Source of the DNA: a virus
Lineage: Duplodnaviria; Caudoviricetes
Direction: 5' to 3' (one strand)
DNA: 64,000 nucleotides
Virus record (IMG/VR): IMGVR_UViG_3300014208_000002
Coordinates: 32,001 to 96,000 of that record
In this document: positions 9,688-18,185 of the stretch, piece after piece
Layout of the letters: each line of letters starts with the position of its first letter
Numbering within the stretch: position 1 is the first letter of the stretch
Notes under the pieces: generated by a model
Told to the model about the DNA's origin: nothing
The model's database searches: none
What the model saw: only the letters and a program-made list of their open reading frames with translations
Made by a program: the position numbers and the translations under genes

Positions 9688-9698
9688 CTACTAACATA
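9688..9698 (+). promoter_or_regulatory. Candidate late-promoter motif CTACTAACATA
   Basis: Intergenic, 38 nt before ATG 9726. Confidence 0.55.
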
Positions 9699-9725
9699 AC
9701 GAATCAAATATAAGGAGATTTTTAT

Positions 9726-10643
9726 ATGGCAAGTAATACAACGGTCGTCCTCAGCGGGGGAATTGGAAAATGTGTAGCGTTCACAGCGGCAATCCCAAAG
9801 ATGGTAAAGAAATATGGTCCTATCACAATTATGTCCCCTTGGCCCGATTTGTTTACAGACCTTGAAGGTGTGTATCGTTCTATTAGTTTCGGCGTGGAAT
9901 ATGGCTACGAGTACTTTCAAGGAAAGAATCGCCTTTCACCCGAACCCTACAACCGCAATGACTTTTTTCAAAAGAAGATTCATTTGATTGACGGCTTCAT
10001 GAAAGAGTGCGGATTAGAAGAAAACTATGATTCATTAACTGATCTTCCTCTTGCCCCGTCCTTTCTTGATATAAATTCAAAGAATAAAATTGATGCTATT
10101 CGCCAAAATGGAAAGTATATCGTAGTACAGTTTATGGGTGGAAATCAGGCTCAAAATGGTAAGATGAATGATAAGTTTATGGCAAAGGATTACCCTCCTC
10201 AGCTTATTGAAAATTTGATTATTGCTATTGGAAAGAAATATGGTAGTAAAATCCAGATTGTCAATTATGGGCTTCCTTTTGAATTTAATATTGCAAATAC
10301 CATTTCTGCGGCAGACTTGCCCTATACTGCGGCGGCTTATTTATTGAAGAACTCTGAAACTTTTATTGCAATAGACTCTAATCTTCAGCATTTCTCTGCT
10401 TGCAAAGGAGTAGAGAAGAAGGGCATAGTCCTTTGGGCGGCAACGGACCCAATAAACTTTGGATATCCTCATAATATAAACCTCTCGGCAGAGTGCCCAT
10501 ATAATGACCTTCATTGCAACAGACCCTATTTTCAGCATACCTCTGATATAGTTGGTAAGGGCATTCCTTGGTCTTGTAAGACAAAAGATTGTCTAAATAT
10601 TTCCCCAGAGAAAGTTCTCTCCGAATTAGAAAAGATTATTTAA
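9726..10643 (+). CDS. GT9 (heptosyltransferase-like) glycosyltransferase
   Basis: SGGIGKCVAFT N-terminal motif; FIAIDSNLQHFSA...GIVLWAATDP..FGY C-terminal GT9 motif. Confidence 0.75.
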   Translation: MASNTTVVLSGGIGKCVAFTAAIPKMVKKYGPITIMSPWPDLFTDLEGVYRSISFGVEYGYEYFQGKNRLSPEPYNRNDFFQKKIHLIDGFMKECGLEENYDSLTDLPLAPSFLDINSKNKIDAIRQNGKYIVVQFMGGNQAQNGKMNDKFMAKDYPPQLIENLIIAIGKKYGSKIQIVNYGLPFEFNIANTISAADLPYTAAAYLLKNSETFIAIDSNLQHFSACKGVEKKGIVLWAATDPINFGYPHNINLSAECPYNDLHCNRPYFQHTSDIVGKGIPWSCKTKDCLNISPEKVLSELEKII

Positions 10644-10660
10644 TAAGTTCTCTTAAATAT

Positions 10661-10705
10661 AAAGACTCGGAAGCTACTAATACAGTAGAATCCGAGTCTT
10701 TTTTA
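10661..10705 (+). terminator. Intrinsic terminator containing the late-promoter-like motif
   Basis: AAAGACTCGGA(10661-71)/TCCGAGTCTTT(10691-701) stem plus inner CTACT/AGTAG stem, then a T run; CTACTAATACA at 10674-84. Confidence 0.8.
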
Positions 10706-10719
10706 TTAGGGAAGATATA

Positions 10720-13425
10720 ATGGGAACAACTAATTACGGTACACAGACTACTACTTTTAAGTATAAGCAAGCGGCGTTATCCTCTACTTTCAATGCTTTA
10801 AATGATAGCCTTATTCCTACTGGGATATATTCCGGTGGGTTGCTATCCCGTGTATCTGATGGTTCTATACAAGTAGCCCCCCTTACTTGTTATATAAAAG
10901 ATACTACACCCAATTCCAATATTTCTCGAAGAGTACAGACAACATCGGCAGTTAGTATTGTTGGATTTACTTCCACCGATTGCTATTGTGTTTTAAGATA
11001 CTCTTGGGTTGCTTCTGAAACAGATTATATGGATATTTTAGCAGTAGACTATAATACTCTTTTTGCTACTGAAACTACATTAAATCAAGGTTATTTACTT
11101 TTAGGAAAAGCAATTTATGAAGGCGCTACTATGCTTTCTTATTTTGATTATACTTTCCGATCAGATGCCTCATTACAAGAGATAGAAGACGAAAAAAATA
11201 GTTTTTATGTAAAACCCTATAATGATCCTACTATACGCCGTATCTATGTTTATCCAGGAAAAGCCGTAGTAAATGGAAAATATATTGATTTTTCGGGAGA
11301 CACTTATCCCTCTGCCCCTAGTACCTTCGATAACACTACTCTTGGACGAATAGATGTAATTTATGTAGACGCCACGGGAACAATAAAAAAAGTTTCTTCA
11401 ACTGACCAAACATTAACAATAACGTATCCTTTAAATTTTAATACCTTTGAATCAGAAAATCCTGGAGCTATCCCTGATTTCCCAACAGACGGAATGGTTG
11501 TCGCTATTATTATTCGTGGTTTAACCCGAAATACAATTGAGGGAAGAGATATAATTCAAATTGAATATGAACGAAATAGTTTTACTGGCGCAGAAAATGA
11601 TATTACTTTTAAGGGCTGTGCTATTTTTGAACAAAATGTTCAAGTAGCTGGAAATCTTCATGTTCAAGGAAATATGATTATTGATGAAGGAACAATTACA
11701 GAATATGAAGATAATATAATAACACTCAATAAGCCCCCTACAGGATGTGCTTCACTCTATTCTACTTCAGGAATTGATTTTTATCAGGGTGGTCCAGCGT
11801 GTTGTACAACAGGATTTGGGCCTAATGATGCTCAGTTTCTATATGACTGTACTGTAGGATATTTCAAAGCGGGGGTAATGGATTGTTTTACTCCTCATCT
11901 TCAAAGAGTGGTAACCCAACAGCTTATTCCACAAGTATATGGTGTTCCTTTCTGGAGCGGAACAAAAGTTCCTAACTCAGATAGCATATTAGAATATGAC
12001 CAATTTTTTACTTTTAATAACGCTTGCAGTGCGAATAAAATTCTAAATATTGGAAATGTTACTTGTTCTGCCCCTGCTGATGTAAGAATATCCGGTGGAA
12101 TGACTATTGGACAATGCGCTCCAGGCGACTTTGATGTAAATATAAATCAATTTATTGTAAATGAAACTTCTGTCTTTAATAATAATGTAACAATAAAATG
12201 TGGATGCTCTATTCTATACCGAGAGCATGGGGTTCCTGAAGAATCTTTGGACACCCGCTATCTAAGAGCTTCAGCTTCAACTTATAATGTTGTTACACTA
12301 AATGATTTTTATATTGGAAATGGCTCAACTTCACAAAAAAGATTATTTGTCTATTTGAATGATGGTAGTGGTTGTGTTAATGCTACTCCTTTAGCACTTG
12401 AAGATGCATTCCTTTTTAAGAAATGTTGGGGGAGTGCTTTACCTGGATATATTCAACAATCTATTGAAACAAGTCTAATTATTTGCTGTGGTAAAACTCT
12501 TACTTATATGGGTGATGAATTAGATCAAAGGCATGTTAGAACCAACTATACTGCTATTGAGGGAAATACCCCGGCATTGGCTGTTACTATGTGGGGTGAC
12601 TATACCATTAAACAGGCGGGAAGTAATAATGCTTGTTTAAATATTCAGGGTACTCTTCGGTCTGGATTGTATAATACTTCTTGTTATCATTTACTTGCTA
12701 CTGAGGGTGGAACATTTACTTGGAATGGATGTAATATTATTTATGAAAATGGCTGTTCAGGAGCTTGTTGGAACGCCTTTGTTTCTCATGCTCAATATGC
12801 TTTACAAACTTGTGGAAACTCTACTACAGCCTCTAATTTTAATACTAATCGTTGCGCTCAAATAAATGGTGTAGGTGGAAGCTGTGCTTATTCTATCTGT
12901 GCTACAGGAGACTATGTTTGGGATATTTCCGCAGTAAAAATTAACCTTGCTACTTGCTCACAATATCTATATAGTTGCACTACACTAATTCCTCATGCAA
13001 AAATAGTTACAACAGATGGAACGGGAGGAACAACAAACTTAGCTACTACTCCTGTAGGAAATGCAGACATGGTAGATGGATATCACGCTAGTAGTAGTGC
13101 TACAGGTAATACCGTTGCTGTTAGAGATGGGGGAGGAATACTTCATGCTTATGGATTCAATGTTGTTTCCAAGAGAGCTTTGAAGGAAAATATAAAAGTA
13201 TTTAATAAATCTGCCCTTGGGTTAGTAAAAACGGTTGAAGTAGTAGAATACAATTATATTCTTGATCCAGAAAAATCATCTAAAATAGGGTTTATTGCAG
13301 ATGATACCAGAGAAGAATTTTCCACTTCCTGTCATAATACAATGGATGTTACTTCTTCCATTGGAATTTTATTAAAGGCCGTTCAAGAACTTGATAAAAA
13401 GATTTCTTGTTTGGAGAATAAGTAA
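10720..13425 (+). CDS. Long tail fibre protein with C-terminal intramolecular chaperone (peptidase S74-like)
   Basis: N-terminal virion-anchor-like region, Gly/Thr/Cys-rich shaft, C-terminal SKRALKENI...IGFIADD...LLKAVQELDKKI with Ser-x4-Lys dyad. Confidence 0.8.
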   Translation: MGTTNYGTQTTTFKYKQAALSSTFNALNDSLIPTGIYSGGLLSRVSDGSIQVAPLTCYIKDTTPNSNISRRVQTTSAVSIVGFTSTDCYCVLRYSWVASETDYMDILAVDYNTLFATETTLNQGYLLLGKAIYEGATMLSYFDYTFRSDASLQEIEDEKNSFYVKPYNDPTIRRIYVYPGKAVVNGKYIDFSGDTYPSAPSTFDNTTLGRIDVIYVDATGTIKKVSSTDQTLTITYPLNFNTFESENPGAIPDFPTDGMVVAIIIRGLTRNTIEGRDIIQIEYERNSFTGAENDITFKGCAIFEQNVQVAGNLHVQGNMIIDEGTITEYEDNIITLNKPPTGCASLYSTSGIDFYQGGPACCTTGFGPNDAQFLYDCTVGYFKAGVMDCFTPHLQRVVTQQLIPQVYGVPFWSGTKVPNSDSILEYDQFFTFNNACSANKILNIGNVTCSAPADVRISGGMTIGQCAPGDFDVNINQFIVNETSVFNNNVTIKCGCSILYREHGVPEESLDTRYLRASASTYNVVTLNDFYIGNGSTSQKRLFVYLNDGSGCVNATPLALEDAFLFKKCWGSALPGYIQQSIETSLIICCGKTLTYMGDELDQRHVRTNYTAIEGNTPALAVTMWGDYTIKQAGSNNACLNIQGTLRSGLYNTSCYHLLATEGGTFTWNGCNIIYENGCSGACWNAFVSHAQYALQTCGNSTTASNFNTNRCAQINGVGGSCAYSICATGDYVWDISAVKINLATCSQYLYSCTTLIPHAKIVTTDGTGGTTNLATTPVGNADMVDGYHASSSATGNTVAVRDGGGILHAYGFNVVSKRALKENIKVFNKSALGLVKTVEVVEYNYILDPEKSSKIGFIADDTREEFSTSCHNTMDVTSSIGILLKAVQELDKKISCLENK

Positions 13426-14523
13426 ATGAGTGGTTTTACTAATAATGGTATAGCAATTGAATCTTGCATCTGTCTCGCTCCTTCTGTTTTTTCATCTTGT
13501 CAGATTAGATTTTGTCAATTAGGTGTTGACTTAGGAAGACAATTTGTTTTAACCAATACTGCTCCTTATATAGGGCATCGTCCTAGTTTTCAAGCTAATT
13601 TAGGTTTTACCTCTTGTGGTGTAGCCGGAGGAGATTTAGGGTGGTGTGTTTCACATTGGCAAAGATCAGTTACTACAGGTGTCTCTTTAAGTAGATATAA
13701 AGAATATTCTACGCCTATGAATATTCAATACTCGTGTGACCTCTATGGATGTAGGTCTGTAGTAACAGTAGTTCTTATTGGCGGCGGCGGGGGTGGTGGA
13801 GGCGGTAAACAGACTTTATCAGATGACGGCGGCGGGGGCGGGGGTGGTGGAGGAACTACAGTTATAGCTCAATCTGTTTTTATTCCTAATTTGAGTATAA
13901 TATGTGTAGGTGCTGGTGGGGCGAGAGGGCTTGTAGGCTATAATGGTAGTAATGGTAGTAGTTCTTATATTCAGAATATAAGCTATGATTTATCAGGAAT
14001 TGGTTGTAGCGGTGGATATTATTATAATTTTTGTGTAGTAGCTCCCGGTGGTAGAGGTGGGGGTGTAGGAGGAGATGCGGGAAGTTGTCCTGGAAATGGG
14101 GGAGGAGCAGGAATTGTATCAGTAACTAATGGAGCTTGCTTTGCTGGAGCAACAGGTTGGACAAGTGGAGGAGCAGGAGGAGCGGGGACTAAAGAGAGTA
14201 GTCCCTCTCATCCTAATTCTTGTGGAATGCAAACGGGGCCTAGTATAACATTAGTAGACTACTACGGCAATAGTATAAGTACTTCTGCTAACTCCGGGAG
14301 AGCATTATTTGAAATAAGCGAAGCTGGAAATGGAGGACCGGGGGGGTCATCTACTTTCTGTAAGGGAGGAAGAGAGGGCTATAACTACGCAGGAGTACCA
14401 GCGGTAAATGGTAGTCCAGGGTGTTTTGGTTCGGGTGGTGGAGGAGGACATGGTGATTGGAATGAAGGAGAGTCTTCTAATGGTGGCAATGGTGGGGATG
14501 GTTATATAATTATTTATTGGTAA
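13426..14523 (+). CDS. Glycine-rich tail-fibre-associated protein
   Basis: VVLIGGGGGGGGG, GGGGGT, GSGGGGG and terminal GGNGGDGYIIIYW typical of phage Gly-rich domains; 16 Cys. Confidence 0.7.
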   Translation: MSGFTNNGIAIESCICLAPSVFSSCQIRFCQLGVDLGRQFVLTNTAPYIGHRPSFQANLGFTSCGVAGGDLGWCVSHWQRSVTTGVSLSRYKEYSTPMNIQYSCDLYGCRSVVTVVLIGGGGGGGGGKQTLSDDGGGGGGGGGTTVIAQSVFIPNLSIICVGAGGARGLVGYNGSNGSSSYIQNISYDLSGIGCSGGYYYNFCVVAPGGRGGGVGGDAGSCPGNGGGAGIVSVTNGACFAGATGWTSGGAGGAGTKESSPSHPNSCGMQTGPSITLVDYYGNSISTSANSGRALFEISEAGNGGPGGSSTFCKGGREGYNYAGVPAVNGSPGCFGSGGGGGHGDWNEGESSNGGNGGDGYIIIYW

Positions 14524-14533
14524 GGAGTTTTAT

Positions 14534-15097
14534 ATGGGTTTTAGATTATCAAAAGAAGGATCAAAAAGATTTCCTTTGGGTGCAGAAATAGAAGGAATCT
14601 ATGGAAAAATAGACAAACTCATTTATGATGCTCAAGAAGAAACTTGGCAAGCAACTGTCATTTATTATATAAACGAACAAGCGGCAGAGAGAGCAAGGTT
14701 AATAAATTATTTAAGACAAACTTTTTTGGACTATTCAAAACCAAATAATAATCTACCTTTAGGATATGAGTTTATCCTGCGTCCTAAAAAATATTCTATA
14801 AATGAATGGGCTTTAATAATACAAACTGCTAACTCCCCTCTTCCAGCATCTATTTTTTCTTTTAAATACGGAGTATTAACAAAAATAATCGGTCCTATTG
14901 AATTAAAAAAAGCAAATGTTGTGGGAAAAATTTACAAAGACTTTATGGAACAATGCGAACCGGGGTCAGAATCTATATTAGAAGATCGGCCTATGGAGGG
15001 GATAAATGGTGTTCTAACGGAGCTTCTTCTCACTGTAAAAAAAGACAAACCAGTAAAAGAAGAGACAAATATTACTACTAATATAACGAACGGATAA
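14534..15097 (+). CDS. Hypothetical protein (tail region)
   Basis: AAGGAG SD; no recognised motif. Confidence 0.6.
   Translation: MGFRLSKEGSKRFPLGAEIEGIYGKIDKLIYDAQEETWQATVIYYINEQAAERARLINYLRQTFLDYSKPNNNLPLGYEFILRPKKYSINEWALIIQTANSPLPASIFSFKYGVLTKIIGPIELKKANVVGKIYKDFMEQCEPGSESILEDRPMEGINGVLTELLLTVKKDKPVKEETNITTNITNG
15075..15085 (+). promoter_or_regulatory. Candidate late-promoter motif CTACTAATATA
   Basis: In the last codons of 14534..15097, 50 nt before ATG 15125. Confidence 0.4.
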
Positions 15098-15124
15098 AGA
15101 CTTTAATATATAAGGGGTTAATAA

Positions 15125-15508
15125 ATGAAGGTGTTTATTGGAGACATTGTAGGTGCTAAAGATGTATTCGCAAAGCTTATTCAGCTTGAATTTGGTGCAA
15201 AGACCGCACTAAAACTCATGCTCATTACCAATGAAATGCAACGGTATTTAGAGTCTTATGAAAAGACAAGAATCTCTCTTGTAAAGAAGTATGGACAAGA
15301 GGATGAAGCGGGACAGATTATTGTCAAGGCAGGAACAGAAGAATATGGAAAGTTCATTGATGAAATCAATTCTATCTCTACTGAAGCAGTTGAATTAAAT
15401 GTTCCTGAATTGACTCAAGATGAGTTGACAAAAGATGATTCTATTAAGTTCTCTGCGCTTGACCTGTTAAAGATTATGCCATTCTTGAAAAAGGATGATA
15501 CAATTTAA
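15125..15508 (+). CDS. Conserved phage protein (DUF1617-like from memory)
   Basis: KL...NE..RYLESYEKTRISLVKKYG...E..KF..EI..I..E.VEL pattern; after tail fibre genes. Confidence 0.55.
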   Translation: MKVFIGDIVGAKDVFAKLIQLEFGAKTALKLMLITNEMQRYLESYEKTRISLVKKYGQEDEAGQIIVKAGTEEYGKFIDEINSISTEAVELNVPELTQDELTKDDSIKFSALDLLKIMPFLKKDDTI

Positions 15509-15600
15509 AAATGTGGTTTAATTTATTTAATAATAATGTAAAAAAGTTTTTTTTCTTTCCAAAGATTAAATTAGAAAATAAAAAGGAGGAGGAAGTTATT

Positions 15601-16209
15601 ATGGAAAATACATTATCTTTTGATTCTCTTCCTGTTATTGATGATTTTCTAACAATAAATAAATATAGTAGACCCGGTAGAAAGCGTCCTGAGACTCTTG
15701 CTGTTGTACTTCATTGGACAGCGAATCCAAACGCAAGTGCAAAAGCTAACCGTGACTTTTTTGAAAGTAAAAAAGATGGAAAAACAAGTTATGGTTCTAC
15801 AGAGTATATTGTAGGGTTAAAAGGTGAAATTATTCGATGTATGCCTGATGAAGAAATTTCATATAATTGTGGAACCTCTTCTGTCGATCCTATATCTGGA
15901 AAGATTTATACTGATTATGCAAGAGAAAAGTTTGGAAAGTATGTTTTAAGACCGGATATAGAATCTCCAAATAGCTGTACTGTAGCAATTGAAATGTGTC
16001 CTATTGATTGGAAAGGAAATTTTAAACCTGAAACATGGGAAAGTACAAAGAAGTTAGTTGTTTGTCTATTAAAAAAATATAATCTAGGTTTGAATGATAT
16101 TACTACGCACGAAAAAATTGTAGGATATAAGTTCTGTCCTCAATTATTTCACGATCATCCTGAAGAATTTGATAGGTTTGTAAAAGAAGTCGGAGAACTT
16201 CTTGTATAG
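15601..16209 (+). CDS. Endolysin, N-acetylmuramoyl-L-alanine amidase (Amidase_2 / T7 lysozyme-like)
   Basis: VVLHWTAN, EYIVG, AIEMC, TTHEKIVGYKFCP (His/His/Cys Zn ligands); start moved from 15511 to the ATG behind AAGGAGGAGG. Confidence 0.85.
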   Translation: MENTLSFDSLPVIDDFLTINKYSRPGRKRPETLAVVLHWTANPNASAKANRDFFESKKDGKTSYGSTEYIVGLKGEIIRCMPDEEISYNCGTSSVDPISGKIYTDYAREKFGKYVLRPDIESPNSCTVAIEMCPIDWKGNFKPETWESTKKLVVCLLKKYNLGLNDITTHEKIVGYKFCPQLFHDHPEEFDRFVKEVGELLV

Positions 16210-16218
16210 GAGATTTTT

Positions 16219-16554
16219 ATGTCTACTTCACTAAGACTTAGAACGCATGTTCTCACAACTTCTGATACAGTAAATGGTCACCTTGTCACACCTCTACTTT
16301 TTGATGCGGATTTTACTGCAACACGATATAGATTTAAGACTTTAACTCTTTCTTGCATGACCGCTCCTGCTACTCGCATCTATGTAAAAGGTGCTTTGAC
16401 AGACCCTTGGGTAGAAGTAACACAACTTCTTGCGAACGGAGCGGCTGGATGGATAATCTACGCAATAGATCAAATTTATATTAAAACAAATAGTGCCACA
16501 GGAACAATCGGATTAGTTGCGTATATTTCCGATGCTCAAGGCTCTGGATATTAG
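16219..16554 (+). CDS. Small beta-rich protein, paralog 1
   Basis: AGGAGAT SD; about 50% identical to the next ORF. Confidence 0.7.
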   Translation: MSTSLRLRTHVLTTSDTVNGHLVTPLLFDADFTATRYRFKTLTLSCMTAPATRIYVKGALTDPWVEVTQLLANGAAGWIIYAIDQIYIKTNSATGTIGLVAYISDAQGSGY

Positions 16555-16563
16555 GAGATTATC

Positions 16564-16896
16564 ATGGCATCAGCTATAAGGTTTAGGACTCTTGTACTCA
16601 CTACAGATGACAACACAGACGGGGTACTTGTAACTCCAACACTCTTTGATGCTACTTTTTTAGCAGGGCAACACCGCTTTCGGAGTATAACTTTTGCGAC
16701 CCTTACTACTGCAACAACTCTTTCCATGAAAGGTGATGTAGCAGACGATTGGGTAGATATTACTGAGCTTCTTACTAATGGGGCGGCAACTTGGCTTGTA
16801 AATGGGATTGATAGTTTCTATATAAAATCAAATAACCTAGCCGGAACTATAGGCATTATAGCCTATGTCACTGACGCTAGGCAAAGTGGGTATTAA
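16564..16896 (+). CDS. Small beta-rich protein, paralog 2
   Basis: AGGAGAT SD; 56/111 identities to the previous ORF by manual alignment. Confidence 0.7.
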   Translation: MASAIRFRTLVLTTDDNTDGVLVTPTLFDATFLAGQHRFRSITFATLTTATTLSMKGDVADDWVDITELLTNGAATWLVNGIDSFYIKSNNLAGTIGIIAYVTDARQSGY

Positions 16897-16916
16897 ATAA
16901 TAGTGGAGATAAACAA

Positions 16917-17267
16917 ATGGAAGGCGACGAAGTAAATACAAACGAAGAAACTTATGATAACCCTATTCCAATTCCACAATATCATATTGGAAAAACAGAG
17001 AAAAAGCCCACAAGCTTTTTAGATGATGGAGAAGGAAACGCCTCTTCGGGACGACTAATAAAAGTAATGGCGTTTATTCTTTCTTGTGTTGTAACAATTA
17101 CTGGGTTAACAATTGCAGGATTTTTACTATTTACTCCTAAGCCAATTGATACAACTTCTATGCTTATGGATGGCACTACCTTTGTTTCTCTTATTTTAGG
17201 TCTAGTTGGACTTCTTTCCTCTATAGCTCTTGGTGCAGAAATAACTCAGAAAATAACTAAGCAATAA
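16917..17267 (+). CDS. Holin-like protein with two transmembrane helices
   Basis: Hydrophilic N-terminus, SSGRL, two ~22-aa hydrophobic segments; near the endolysin. Confidence 0.55.
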   Translation: MEGDEVNTNEETYDNPIPIPQYHIGKTEKKPTSFLDDGEGNASSGRLIKVMAFILSCVVTITGLTIAGFLLFTPKPIDTTSMLMDGTTFVSLILGLVGLLSSIALGAEITQKITKQ

Positions 17268-17280
17268 TTTGCAGTCTTCC

Positions 17281-17291
17281 CTACTAATACA
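17281..17291 (+). promoter_or_regulatory. Candidate late-promoter motif CTACTAATACA
   Basis: Intergenic, 32 nt before TTG 17313; identical 11-mer at 10674. Confidence 0.55.
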
Positions 17292-17312
17292 TTATATAAA
17301 AGTTTCTCAATT

Positions 17313-18185
17313 TTGGGGGATACTGTGTTTTCAAACTTCAACTGGTGGCAATTAGCAATAACTTTTTCTGTAATTACTCTTTGTATAATAAGTATAATTA
17401 TTGCATTAAAAAAAACAAAAACTTCTGTAAAGGTAGAAGACAGTAAGGGAAATAAAATTCAAGTAGGGGATAACTCTGATCCTCAGAAACCTACTATTGA
17501 AGCCGTTACCACTTTTGAACCCGTTCCTGAAAAAGAAGAATCTTTTATTCCAGCACAAGAAGAAATAGCGCATTTGATTCCTTATTGCGATCAAACACTT
17601 CTCGCTCTTGTAATAAAAAAATCAATTCTCTTTGGTAATAAACAAACAGAAATTTCCATGGTGCTAAAAGTTCAAGATCAAATGAACTCTGCCCAAATAA
17701 AAATAAACCTATTTAAGGGACACCTAATGAAGGTTTATCAAGATTTAATTATAGAGAAGAAAGGCAACAATGCTAATCTTTTACATGACACAGCATATAT
17801 AATTTTTTCCAGTGTAGTTCATAATCAAGCGGAACAAATACTATTAAATTTAAAACAACGATTTAGAGAAAATCATTTTACAGATAAACATGAAGAAGAA
17901 TTTGAAGAATATGTAGAAGGTTATATTTCTTTTTATATGGATGACTGGTATAGTGCTTTATCTACATTTTATCCCGCCGCTCTTGATCCATCCCGAGAAG
18001 AAATTCGTAATACTATAACAAGAAATGATGATAATATATTACGAGAATTTTTAAGAGATTGTTTTTTTCAAGCAAGAACAATCTCTATGCGTAACAAAAC
18101 TGCATTACAGCTTATGGAAGCCAAATTTGATAAAGATATTGAAGACATTATTAAAGCACATGAAACAAATAGGCTTAATATATAA
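17313..18185 (+). CDS. Membrane-anchored hypothetical protein (lysis region)
   Basis: TTG start; N-terminal TM helix (WWQLAITFSVITLCIISIIIAL) followed by KK, linker and helical domain. Confidence 0.6.
   Translation: MGDTVFSNFNWWQLAITFSVITLCIISIIIALKKTKTSVKVEDSKGNKIQVGDNSDPQKPTIEAVTTFEPVPEKEESFIPAQEEIAHLIPYCDQTLLALVIKKSILFGNKQTEISMVLKVQDQMNSAQIKINLFKGHLMKVYQDLIIEKKGNNANLLHDTAYIIFSSVVHNQAEQILLNLKQRFRENHFTDKHEEEFEEYVEGYISFYMDDWYSALSTFYPAALDPSREEIRNTITRNDDNILREFLRDCFFQARTISMRNKTALQLMEAKFDKDIEDIIKAHETNRLNI

Noticed and set aside
13780-13855. G-rich near-direct repeats with G-quadruplex potential
   Set aside because: Fully explained by two poly-Gly coding runs
1-14523. Diversity-generating retroelement acting on tail fibres
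   Set aside because: No reverse transcriptase and no template/variable repeat pair differing at adenines was seen in this window
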